Assembly (NCBI GenBank): GCA_963700315.1
Contig: CAVOXC010000006.1
Location: forward strand, 58,546 to 122,545
Source of the DNA: an uncultured Acidobacteriota bacterium
GTDB lineage: Bacteria > Acidobacteriota > Thermoanaerobaculia > Multivoradales > JAGPDF01
DNA length: 64,000 nucleotides
Direction of reading: 5' to 3'
Shown: positions 37,967 to 45,901 of the stretch, piece after piece
Numbering within the stretch: the stretch's first letter is position 1
How the letters are laid out: every line of letters starts with the position of its first letter
Position numbers and translations under genes: made by a program
Notes under the pieces: generated by a model
Databases searched by the model: none
What the model was told of the DNA's origin: nothing
What the model saw: only the letters and a program-made list of their open reading frames with translations

Positions 37967-38592
37967 GCCGCCACCCCCGCGCCTTCGAGGCGTGCGACCA
38001 GCGCGCCGATCTCGGCCCGCAGTGTCTGCCAGGCGGCGCGGTGGACCACCAGGCAGGGGGCGATCTCGCGCACGGTCGCGAGCTCGACGAGACCATGCGC
38101 GCGCAGAGTCTTCCCGGTCGCGACGATGTCGACGATCAGGTCCGAGAGGCCGAGCAGCGGCGCCAGCTCGATCGAGCCCGAGAGCTCCAGGATCTCCGCG
38201 CTCCAGGCCTGGCGCCCGAGGTAACGCTCGGCGCTGCGCGGATACTTGGTCGCGAGGCGCACCTGCTCGCCCGGGCCGGGCAGCCGGGCGCCCGCGGAGC
38301 CGATCAACGCCAGGCGACAGCGCCCGTCGGCGAGCTCGAGCGGCACCAACAGGTCGCCGTCGACCTCGTCGAGCACGTCGCGGCCGACGACGCCGCAATC
38401 GGCGACGCCGCGCTCGACGTAGAGCGGCAGGTCCCGATCCTTGAGCAAGAGGATCTCGAGCCCGGCCGCGGGCAACTCGTGGCGTAGCCGGCGGTCCTCG
38501 AGGTCGAGGCCTGCGAGATCGAAGCCGGCACGCTCGAGCGCCGCGCGAGCGACCTCGAGACTGCGCCCTTTGGGCAGCGCCAGGCGGATCAT
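37963..38592 (-). CDS. hisG: ATP phosphoribosyltransferase, short form
   Basis: MIRLALPKGR, DLPLYVERGVADCGVVGRDVL, RLATKYP, DLIVDIVATGKTLRAHGL. 209 aa, adjacent to hisZ. Confidence 0.9.
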   Translation of the reverse strand: MIRLALPKGRSLEVARAALERAGFDLAGLDLEDRRLRHELPAAGLEILLLKDRDLPLYVERGVADCGVVGRDVLDEVDGDLLVPLELADGRCRLALIGSAGARLPGPGEQVRLATKYPRSAERYLGRQAWSAEILELSGSIELAPLLGLSDLIVDIVATGKTLRAHGLVELATVREIAPCLVVHRAAWQTLRAEIGALVARLEGAGVAA

Positions 38593-39560
38593 CGCCCGAC
38601 CTCGTCGGCGAGCGCACCGAGCCGCAGCGAGAAGCCGACTGCCGCCACCGCCGCGCCGAGCGCCGCGAAGAGACGATCGTAGCGGCCGCCCGCGCCGATC
38701 GGCCGGGCGCGCCCCGGCAGGTAGGCGCGAAAGACCGGGCCGTCGTAATAGGGCCGCAGATCGCGCCCGCGCCCCTCTGCCGCCAGCGTCGAGAAGTCCG
38801 CGAACTCGGCGAGATCGATGCTCGCTTCGACGCCGAGAGCCCCATCGCCCACGGCCGCGGCGATCCCTTCGAGGCGGCCGAGCGCCTCCTCGCCCCGCGC
38901 CCCGAGCGCTCCGGGCCGCGCCGGGGCTCCGCGCTCGACCACCTCCGCGACCGCGGCGCCCGCACCGCGCGCCGCTCCGAGCTCGCGCCGCGCCACGGCA
39001 CGCGCCAGCTCGGGCGCGCGCTCGGCACCGACCGCCCCGCGCAGCAACTCGTCGAGAGCGCCGGCGTGGCCGAGGACGATGCGGGCGCGACCGGGCGCGG
39101 CGATGCCGATCAGGCGGGCGAAGAGCATCGCCGCCTCGAGCTCCAGGTCGGCCGCCTGCTCCGGCGCGCCGAGCAGCTCGCCGCCGAGTTGGTAGACCTC
39201 GATCTCGCGGCGCGCGCCGCGCTCCGGACGGCGCACCACGTCGCCCCGGTAGAAGAGCTTGAGCGGCAGGTCGAGCGCGACGAGGTGCGGCGCCAGCAGC
39301 CGCGCGACGAGGGGTGTGAAGTCGCCGCGCAGCGCGAGCAGCTCGCCGTCGCGATCCGCGAAGCGGTAGAGCTCGGCCCGCGCCGGAGCGGGCAGCAGCG
39401 GCTCGTAGGGCGCGAAGAAGTCGACGACCGGCAGGATCGCCTCGCGCAGGCCCGCTTCCTCGAGAGCCCCGACGAGCTCGCGCTCGAGCGCCCGCAATCG
39501 CGCCGCCGAGTCGAAGAAGAGCGCCGAGACGCCCGCGGGCAGACCGCTCGTCAGCTTCAC
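38589..39560 (-). CDS. hisZ: ATP phosphoribosyltransferase regulatory subunit (HisRS paralogue)
   Basis: 323 aa. LYRFADRDGELLALRGDFTPLVAR, KLFYRGDVVRRPERG..REIEVYQLGGEL. Position upstream of short hisG. Confidence 0.75.
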   Translation of the reverse strand: MKLTSGLPAGVSALFFDSAARLRALERELVGALEEAGLREAILPVVDFFAPYEPLLPAPARAELYRFADRDGELLALRGDFTPLVARLLAPHLVALDLPLKLFYRGDVVRRPERGARREIEVYQLGGELLGAPEQAADLELEAAMLFARLIGIAAPGRARIVLGHAGALDELLRGAVGAERAPELARAVARRELGAARGAGAAVAEVVERGAPARPGALGARGEEALGRLEGIAAAVGDGALGVEASIDLAEFADFSTLAAEGRGRDLRPYYDGPVFRAYLPGRARPIGAGGRYDRLFAALGAAVAAVGFSLRLGALADEVGR

Positions 39561-41044
39561 GCGCGCTCCTCGTCGAGGCCGAGGGCCGCGCGGCCCACCG
39601 CGAGCGGCAGCTCGCGGCCGGTCATCGCGCGGAACTGCGGCAGCGCCTGGCGCAGCAGCACCTCGCGGCCGTCGATCGCCACCAAGCCGCGGCGCGCGGC
39701 CTCGGCGATGAGCTGGGTCGGCGCTTCACCGTAGACCAGGTCGACCACCGCCGAGCCCGCGGGCAGTCGGGCCACCGGCAGCGGCAGCTCGTCCGCGGGC
39801 GCGCGGCCGAGCGGCGTCGCATGGACGAAGAGGTCGAAGCGAGACGGGTCGAGCTCGGCGAGCGTCACGAAGGGGAGCCCGAGCGCGCGAGCGGCGGAGA
39901 GCCCCCGCTCCTCGCCCCGATTGACGACGACGACCTCGGCGCCCGCGAGCGCCAGACCGAGGGCCGCCGCTCGGCCGGCGCCACCGCAACCGATGACCGC
40001 CGCGCGGCGGCCGCGCGGTTCGACGCCGCGCGCCCGAATCGCCTCGACAGTGCCCTCGGCGTCGGTCGACTCCCCTTCCCAGACCCCCGAGCGTACCGTC
40101 AGGGTGTTGACCGCTTGCAGCCGCTGTGCGAGCGGGCTGGTGGCGCCGGCGACGGCAAAGGCGACGTCCTTGTGCGGCGTGGTCACCGAGAGGCCGCCGA
40201 GCGGCAGGCCGATCCGCGCCGGCACCGTGGACTCGACCAACTCGAGCCAGAAGTCGGCGAACGAGGGGACCTCGAAGGGCACGTAGAGCGCCGGCACGCC
40301 CAACGCCCGGTAGGCCGCGTTGTGCAGGCGGGGTGAGAGCGAGCCGACGACCGGGTCGCCGACCACGCCGAAGAGCGCTCGCGCCGCGGGCAACTCGGGA
40401 ATGCCGTAGTCGCGCTCCAAGCGGTCCAGCGAGATCTGCCCGGGCGCCGCCGGTTGCTCGCCCGCGGAGGCATAGACGACGCGCGCGCCGAGCCGGGGCG
40501 CGACGAGGCGGGTCCAGACCCCGACCGCGCCCGCCGCGAAGGCCACCACGTCGCGGCGGTCGAGGTCCGCCAGCAGGGCGAGCGGGACCAGATCCTCGCC
40601 GGAATGCGCGGCGGTCGGCACCAGCTTGTAGAGCGCGGCGGGGGTCTCGGCGAGATGCGTGAAGCGCGCCCGCAGTCCGGCGAGGTCGGTCGCGGCACCG
40701 TGCCAGGAGACGATCCGCCGCTCGGGCGGAATCGCCGCGAGCACGTCGGGCACGAGATCGCGGTCCGCCTCGAGGTCGACCCGGTCGTAGCGCGGCGCCA
40801 CCGCCACCAGCCGCATGCGCCGCCGTTCGCGCGACCCGCCGAATCCCCCGCCCTCGTGGCGGCTGCGCAGGGTGTAGACGATCTCGCCCGGAAAACGGGC
40901 GCGGAGCCAGTCGGGATCGACGTCACCGATCCGGTCGGCGCGCACCTCGAGCGCCTCGGCGCGCCCGGCGAGCGCGGCGATCTCCTCGCCGCCGCTCGAC
41001 GGGGGCTCGACCAGCGAGACGATCCGGGTGACGCGTTCGCTCAA
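39557..41044 (-). CDS. aroDE: Bifunctional 3-dehydroquinate dehydratase (type I) / shikimate dehydrogenase
   Basis: N-terminal ALEVRADRIGD...IVYTLRS (DHQase I-like). C-terminal FGVVGDPVVGSLSPRLHNAAY, LSVTTPHK, VNTL, IGCGGAGRAAA. TTG start at 41044. Confidence 0.75.
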   Translation of the reverse strand: MSERVTRIVSLVEPPSSGGEEIAALAGRAEALEVRADRIGDVDPDWLRARFPGEIVYTLRSRHEGGGFGGSRERRRMRLVAVAPRYDRVDLEADRDLVPDVLAAIPPERRIVSWHGAATDLAGLRARFTHLAETPAALYKLVPTAAHSGEDLVPLALLADLDRRDVVAFAAGAVGVWTRLVAPRLGARVVYASAGEQPAAPGQISLDRLERDYGIPELPAARALFGVVGDPVVGSLSPRLHNAAYRALGVPALYVPFEVPSFADFWLELVESTVPARIGLPLGGLSVTTPHKDVAFAVAGATSPLAQRLQAVNTLTVRSGVWEGESTDAEGTVEAIRARGVEPRGRRAAVIGCGGAGRAAALGLALAGAEVVVVNRGEERGLSAARALGLPFVTLAELDPSRFDLFVHATPLGRAPADELPLPVARLPAGSAVVDLVYGEAPTQLIAEAARRGLVAIDGREVLLRQALPQFRAMTGRELPLAVGRAALGLDEERA

Positions 41045-41076
41045 AACGAAAACCTCCTTCCGGGCCCGGAAGGAGG
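41043..41076 (-). terminator. Intrinsic terminator / SD-sequestering hairpin directly before the aroDE start (attenuator terminator)
   Basis: Minus strand CCTCCTTCCG-GGCC-CGGAAGGAGG (perfect 10-bp stem) followed by TTTTCGTTTT. The 3' arm carries the GGAGG Shine-Dalgarno, 8 nt before the TTG start. Confidence 0.7.
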
Positions 41077-41144
41077 TTCGTCGAATCGACGGATCTGGAT
41101 CGCCTCGCCCCGGGCCTTGCGGCCGGGACGGAGAGCCCCGGCCG

Positions 41145-41228
41145 TCAGCTCACCGCATGGTGATGGCCGGAGCGGCGCCAGCAGAGCGAGCGACTCGAGA
41201 GCGCGCGAAAACGGTCCGTTCCGATCAT
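41145..41228 (-). CDS. Candidate 27-codon leader peptide with HHH and W
   Basis: ATG ATC GGA ... TGC TGG CGC CGC TCC GGC CAT CAC CAT GCG GTG AGC TGA = MIGTDRFRALSSRSLCWRRSGHHHAVS. It lies between a promoter-like element and the terminator. No SD (possibly leaderless). Confidence 0.5.
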   Translation of the reverse strand: MIGTDRFRALSSRSLCWRRSGHHHAVS

Positions 41229-41237
41229 CGGACGCGG

Positions 41238-41266
41238 ATCACATCACCCGCTCCCGGCGCTGTCAA
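41238..41266 (-). promoter_or_regulatory. Candidate sigma-70-type promoter of the leader/supraoperon
   Basis: Minus strand TTGACA (41266-41261), 17-nt spacer, TGTGAT (41243-41238); 9 nt before the leader ATG. Confidence 0.4.
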
Positions 41267-41283
41267 GGGGCGCTCGAGCGCTT

Positions 41284-41688
41284 CTAGCGAACCGCTCCAC
41301 TCTCCGATTGCTGCACGAGCTTGGCGTTGACGGGGCGCTTCTCGTAGAAGGCGACCGGCTTCATCAGGACGGCGTTGGTCATGCAGACGTCGTCGTCGTT
41401 GCCGAGCTCGCCGTCGGGACCCGCCGAGACGAGATCGTAGCGGCCGTCGTTGATCCGGCGATAGTAGAGCGCATTGCCCCAGCCGTCCTCGAAACTCCTG
41501 CCGACCCGCATGATCGAGTCGATCTCGGCGAGCTCCATCGGATACTCGTTGCCCGCCGCGAAGTTGCCGGCGAGATGGGCGTTCAGCGACTCCGCCCACT
41601 GGATCATGCTGTGTTCGGTGTCATTCCGGGCGCCGCAGGCGGCGGCGCCGAGGCAGAGCAGGATCACGGCGGCGAGCTTCTCTTTCAT
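41284..41688 (-). CDS. Lipoprotein with GspG (type II secretion pseudopilin)-like C-terminal domain
   Basis: MKEKLAAVILLCLGAAAC (signal with Cys). DGWGNALYYRRINDGRYDLVSAGPDGELGNDDDV resembles the GspG globular domain (D.WGN...Y......Y.L.S.G.DG..G..DD). Confidence 0.5.
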   Translation of the reverse strand: MKEKLAAVILLCLGAAACGARNDTEHSMIQWAESLNAHLAGNFAAGNEYPMELAEIDSIMRVGRSFEDGWGNALYYRRINDGRYDLVSAGPDGELGNDDDVCMTNAVLMKPVAFYEKRPVNAKLVQQSESGAVR

Positions 41689-41791
41689 TATCCCCCCATT
41701 GGTTGTCGCGCGATGCGCGGCGGCATTCTAGCCGGTCGGATTCCCACCCTTTGACGAGCGCGCGGCTCGGCGCGAGGGCGTTCGGCGGCGA

Positions 41792-43009
41792 TCAGCGACG
41801 GAGCGGCGGCGCGCCCAGGCGGTCGGCGACCATTCGAGCGATGCGGCGTCCGATCGCGAGCGACGCGGTCGCCGCGGGCGACGGCGCGTTGAGCACGTGG
41901 ATCATCGACTCGCGCTCCTCGAGCACGAAGTCGTCGAGCAGCCGTCCGTCCCGGCCGAGCGCCTGCGCGCGGATGCCGCAGCCGCCCGGCGCGAGATCGT
42001 CCAGCCCGATCTCCGGCACGAGCCGGGCGAGCGCCGCGACGAAGGCGCGCTTGTCGAAGGCGCGGCGCATCTCGCCGAACCCCGTTCGTGCCCAGCGCGG
42101 CGCCATCCGCCAGAAGCCGGGAAAGCCGATCGTCGAGGCCGCGTCGCGCAGCGAGAAAGCCGTCCGCGAGTAGCCGTCGCGACGGAACGAGAGCACCGCG
42201 CTCGGCCCCGCCTCGACCTCGCCGTCGACGCCGCGGGTCAGATGGACGCCGAGAAAGGGCAGGTCAGGATCGGGCACCGGGTAGATCAGGTTGCGCACCA
42301 GCGCCCGTGCCGCCGGCGCCAACACGTGGTAGTCGCCGCGAAAAGGCACGATCCGCACCTCGGGCTCGAGGCCGGCCCGCCGCGCCACGCGGTCGCTCTC
42401 GAGCCCCGCGCAGGCGACCAGGAAGGGCGCGGAGACCCTCTCGCCGCCAGCTTCGACCACGACCTGCCGGGAGCTCGCGCGGATCTTGCGGACGGGCGCG
42501 TCGAGGCGGATCTCGCCGCCCGCGGCGCGCACGTCGGCCGCCATCGCCGCCGCGACCAGGCGGTAGTCGGTGATCCCGGTCTCCGGCACCCAGAGTCCGG
42601 CGAGGCCGGCGGCGTGCGGCTCGCGCTCGCGCACGCCGGCGCCGTCGAGCCGCTCGAGCCCGGCGAGGCCGTTGGCTCGCCCGCGGCGCTCGAGCTCGTC
42701 GAGCTGCGGCAGTTCCTGCTCCGCCACCGCGACCACGACCTTGCCGCAGCGCTCGTACGGCAGGCCGCGCTCGGCGGCGAACGCGAAGAGCGCCTCGCGG
42801 CCGGTGACGCAGAGCTCGGCCTTGAGCGAGCCGGGGCGGTAGTAGAGCCCGGAGTGGACGACGCCGCTGTTGTGGCCGGTCTGATGAGCAGCTAGCCGCG
42901 GCTCGGCCTCGAGCAGCGTGATGCGCAGGCCGTGGTCGAGCGCGAGGCTGCGCGCCGTCGCGAGCCCGACGACGCCGCCGCCGATCACGATCGCGTCGGG
43001 ACTCGACAT
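41792..43009 (-). CDS. lhgO: L-2-hydroxyglutarate oxidase (FAD-dependent)
   Basis: ATG at 43009. DAIVIGGGVVGLATA, AAHQTGHNSGVVHSGLYYRPGSLKA, HVLNAPSPAATASL. Confidence 0.7.
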   Translation of the reverse strand: MSSPDAIVIGGGVVGLATARSLALDHGLRITLLEAEPRLAAHQTGHNSGVVHSGLYYRPGSLKAELCVTGREALFAFAAERGLPYERCGKVVVAVAEQELPQLDELERRGRANGLAGLERLDGAGVREREPHAAGLAGLWVPETGITDYRLVAAAMAADVRAAGGEIRLDAPVRKIRASSRQVVVEAGGERVSAPFLVACAGLESDRVARRAGLEPEVRIVPFRGDYHVLAPAARALVRNLIYPVPDPDLPFLGVHLTRGVDGEVEAGPSAVLSFRRDGYSRTAFSLRDAASTIGFPGFWRMAPRWARTGFGEMRRAFDKRAFVAALARLVPEIGLDDLAPGGCGIRAQALGRDGRLLDDFVLEERESMIHVLNAPSPAATASLAIGRRIARMVADRLGAPPLRR

Positions 43010-43134
43010 GATGAAATCCTCCCACGCGCGTCGGTCGAATGCACTGCTCCATTGATGAGCCCGAGCGCATGGCGTGCAATGATGATTCGGTCGCCGCGAT
43101 AGCCGCGGCGCGACCGCCCGGGAGGATCGATGAG

Positions 43135-43662
43135 ATGTGGAAGCGTGAGAACGAATCGCCCGCGACCCCGAACGCCCCGACGGCTCCGTCTTCACGGCCC
43201 GAGCCAGAACCGGTGCGCGAACGCTTTTCCAGCGACTCGGCGGGGCGCGCGGTGATCGGGCCGTCGATCAAGATCAAGGGCGAGCTCTCCGGCGGCGAGG
43301 ACCTGTTCATCGAGGGGCGCATCGAAGGCAAGGTCTCGCTCGTGCAGCACGCAGTTACCGTCGGCGCCAAGGGACGGGTCGCGGCGGACATCCACGCGCG
43401 CGCGGTCCAGGTCGAAGGGGAGGTCGACGGCAACATTTCGGCCGAGGAGCTGGTGGTGCTCAAGAAGAGCGCCCGCGTCCGCGGCGACCTCGCCGGTCCC
43501 CGCGTGGTGATCGAGGACGGCGCCCGCTTCAAGGGCTCGATCGACATGGAGTCGAAGCAACCGACGGCTGCGGCCGCGGCGCCCCGCGCAGCCGGCGCGG
43601 AAGGCGTGAAACGGCCCCTGGATGAAGTGAAGCGGCCCGCGGACGCGGCGAAGGTGGGCTGA
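43135..43662 (+). CDS. Bactofilin (polymer-forming cytoskeletal protein)
   Basis: VIGPSIKIKGELSGGEDLFIEGRIEGKVSL..HAVTVGAKGRVAADIHARAVQVEGEVDGNISAEELVVLKKSARVRGDLAGPRVVIEDGARFKGSI. Start ATG at 43135 or 43039. Confidence 0.75.
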   Translation: MWKRENESPATPNAPTAPSSRPEPEPVRERFSSDSAGRAVIGPSIKIKGELSGGEDLFIEGRIEGKVSLVQHAVTVGAKGRVAADIHARAVQVEGEVDGNISAEELVVLKKSARVRGDLAGPRVVIEDGARFKGSIDMESKQPTAAAAAPRAAGAEGVKRPLDEVKRPADAAKVG

Positions 43663-43669
43663 GCCGGCG

Positions 43670-44398
43670 ATGGGTTGGCTCGCGGGACTTCGGCGGCACG
43701 CGGCGGCTTCCGTAGCCGTCGCTCCCGAGCCCCCACCGCCGCCGGAGCTGCACACGGCCCCCGGCCTGGTGCAGGCTTTTGCCCGCCTCGAGGGCCGGCC
43801 CAAGCGCATTCTCGATCTCGGCCCACCGCTCCACGCCAACCTGTCCCGCTACGCCCGCCTCTCCCCGCGGCTCGCGATCGCCGATCTCACTGGAGCGCTC
43901 GAGGACGGGCTCTCCCCGGTCGCGGCGATCGACGAAGCCTTCGCGGCGTTGCCGTCGGGCGGGCTGGCGGAGCCCTACGAGCTGGTGCTTGCCTGGGATC
44001 TGCCCAATCACCTCGGCCGCGAGGCGCTCCCCCGGCTCGCCGCGATTCTGGCACCGCGCTGCTCGCAGGGGTGCCACCTCTACGCTCTGCTCGAGGTCGG
44101 CAAGACGATGCTGGCGCTGCCACGCCGCTACCGGATCCGGGAGGGAGAACTCGAGCAGGAGGCCTCGACCGGCGAGGAGATCGCCTGCCCCCGGCTGCAG
44201 CCCGGCGAGCTCGACCGGGTGTTGCCCGGCTTCGTCGTCGACAAGAGCCGGCTGCTCGCGCATGGCGTGCAGGAGGTGCTGCTGCTGCGCACCGACCACG
44301 CCGAGGTGCCGATCACCCGACGGGCGCCGCTCCGGCGCGAGCTGCGCAAGACCCTTCCGCGCGGGCGCCAGGCGCCCCCCCCACGCCGCCGGCCCTGA
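43670..44398 (+). CDS. Hypothetical protein (degenerate methyltransferase-like?)
   Basis: 242 aa, 8 nt after the bactofilin stop. RILDLGPP and LVLAWDLPNHL loosely recall class I MTase motifs I and post-II. Confidence 0.35.
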   Translation: MGWLAGLRRHAAASVAVAPEPPPPPELHTAPGLVQAFARLEGRPKRILDLGPPLHANLSRYARLSPRLAIADLTGALEDGLSPVAAIDEAFAALPSGGLAEPYELVLAWDLPNHLGREALPRLAAILAPRCSQGCHLYALLEVGKTMLALPRRYRIREGELEQEASTGEEIACPRLQPGELDRVLPGFVVDKSRLLAHGVQEVLLLRTDHAEVPITRRAPLRRELRKTLPRGRQAPPPRRRP

Positions 44399-44410
44399 CA
44401 GACCCGCCGC

Positions 44411-44797
44411 TCAGCAGCTCGCTTCGACGATCTCGATCCGGTCGGGAGCGTTCGGTACGACGCAGAGGAACTCGAAGGGCGCCTCGACCACCTCGTAAGA
44501 ATGGGGCATCCCGGCCGGGATGTAGAGGACGTTGCCGGCGGCGACCTCGTGGACGTCGGCGCCCACGGTGATCCGAGCGCGCCCGGTGAGCACGTACTGC
44601 TCGTGCTCGACCAGGTTGGTGTGACGGGGCATGCCACCCCCCGCGCCCATGATGAAACGCCGCAACGCGAAGTTCGGCGCGCCGTCGCCGGGGCCGATCA
44701 GCACCTGCACCTCTGTCGCCGTGCCCGCGGCGACAGGTTTGGCCTCGACCTCTTCGGCTCGCTTCACGGCGGGGATCTGGGTCGTCGTCTCGGACAT
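44411..44797 (-). CDS. Cupin-domain protein
   Basis: ATG at 44797 preceded by GGAGG. GGGMPRHTNLVEHEQYVLTG...VLYIPAGMPHSY (cupin motifs 1 and 2). Confidence 0.7.
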   Translation of the reverse strand: MSETTTQIPAVKRAEEVEAKPVAAGTATEVQVLIGPGDGAPNFALRRFIMGAGGGMPRHTNLVEHEQYVLTGRARITVGADVHEVAAGNVLYIPAGMPHSYEVVEAPFEFLCVVPNAPDRIEIVEASC

Positions 44798-45057
44798 CGC
44801 TTCGCCTCCTGCTCTCTTGGCCTCATCGTAGCGCTTGGCTCGCCCCGCTCGATTCGCGCCCTCGCCGAATCCCCGCCGACGTCGCCCTGAACGAAGCACA
44901 AAGAAGCTTCAATGATAGGGGTGTGGTTCGAATCGTGGCGGCTTTCGCGCAGCGCCTCGGCGTTCTCCAGGCTCCTCCTTCAACAGAAAGCCGTCATGAC
45001 GTGCGATCTCGCACGACGAATTCCGCGCAGCGCCCCGGAAATCCGAATAGCCCCGCC

Positions 45058-45086
45058 TTGACTTGATCGAATTTACGCTTTATTTT
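45058..45086 (+). promoter_or_regulatory. Candidate promoter upstream of imuA
   Basis: TTGACT (45058-45063), 17 nt, TATTTT (45081-45086). The spacer contains ATCGAATTTACGCTT, similar to a motif upstream of dnaE2. Confidence 0.45.
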
Positions 45087-45124
45087 CGCCATGCGCCCTC
45101 CCCCCGACGGCGCATGGAGGTGCG

Positions 45125-45886
45125 GTGGCGGAACCCCTCAGGATCGAGCCGGCCAGCGAGCCCGGAGCAGACGGTGTGGTGGCCTGGCTGCGGCGCCATG
45201 GCTCGCCACTGGCGGGGCGGGTGCGCACCGGGCGTGACCTCGCCGCCGGGCTGGGGGCGCGCACCGGCGAGGGAGCGCCCTGGAGCCGGGCGGTGCCGGC
45301 GCTGGCGACGGCGCTCGCCGCGGGACTGCCGCGGGGCGAGCTGACCGAGATCGTCGGGCGGCGCGGCAGCGGGCGGATGGGGCTCGGGCTCGCGCTGCTC
45401 GCCGCGGCGACCGGGAGCGGCGAGAACGCCGTTCTGGTCGACTTGGGCGATGGCCTCGACCCACAGGGGGCAGCCGCCACCGGGGTCGCCCTCGAGCGGC
45501 TGCTCTGGGCGCGACCGCGCCAGCTCAAGGAGGCGCTCGGTGCCGCCGAGGCGGCGCTCGGCGGCGGCTTCTCCCTGGTCCTGGTCGACCTCGGCCTGCC
45601 GCCGGTGCCCGGCGGTCGCGGGGCGGAGGCCCAGTGGCTCCGGCTCGCCCGCGCCGCGCGCGAGCCGGCGAGCGCGCTGGTCGTCTCCGCCCCCTACCGC
45701 GCCACGGGGATCGCCGCCGCGGCGGTGCTCGAGCTCGGGCGCCCCCACGCCCGCTGGCTCGGCCGGGGCGCCGAGCCCCGGCTGCTCGATGGCGTCGAGG
45801 CCCGCCTCGCGCTCGCTCGCGGTCCGGGGGCTCGACCCGGTGTGGGGCGGGGCGCGGGCGAGGCGCTCGCCCTCGCCGCCAGCTGA
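45125..45886 (+). CDS. imuA: ImuA-like (RecA/SulA-fold) component of the mutagenesis cassette
   Basis: ALATALAAGLPRGELTEIVGRRGSGRMGLGLALLAAAT...VLVDLG. Immediately precedes imuB. GTG start. Confidence 0.65.
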   Translation: MAEPLRIEPASEPGADGVVAWLRRHGSPLAGRVRTGRDLAAGLGARTGEGAPWSRAVPALATALAAGLPRGELTEIVGRRGSGRMGLGLALLAAATGSGENAVLVDLGDGLDPQGAAATGVALERLLWARPRQLKEALGAAEAALGGGFSLVLVDLGLPPVPGGRGAEAQWLRLARAAREPASALVVSAPYRATGIAAAAVLELGRPHARWLGRGAEPRLLDGVEARLALARGPGARPGVGRGAGEALALAAS

Positions 45887-45901
45887 GACGGAGGCGCCGC
45901 G

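Noticed and set aside
44925-44934. GGTTCGAATC, a tRNA T-loop-like string downstream of the cupin gene; considered as a tRNA or tRNA-fragment att site.
   Set aside because: The flanking bases (TGTGG / GTGGC) do not form a T-stem, and no acceptor or anticodon arms can be drawn. I found no convincing tRNA or rRNA gene anywhere in the window.
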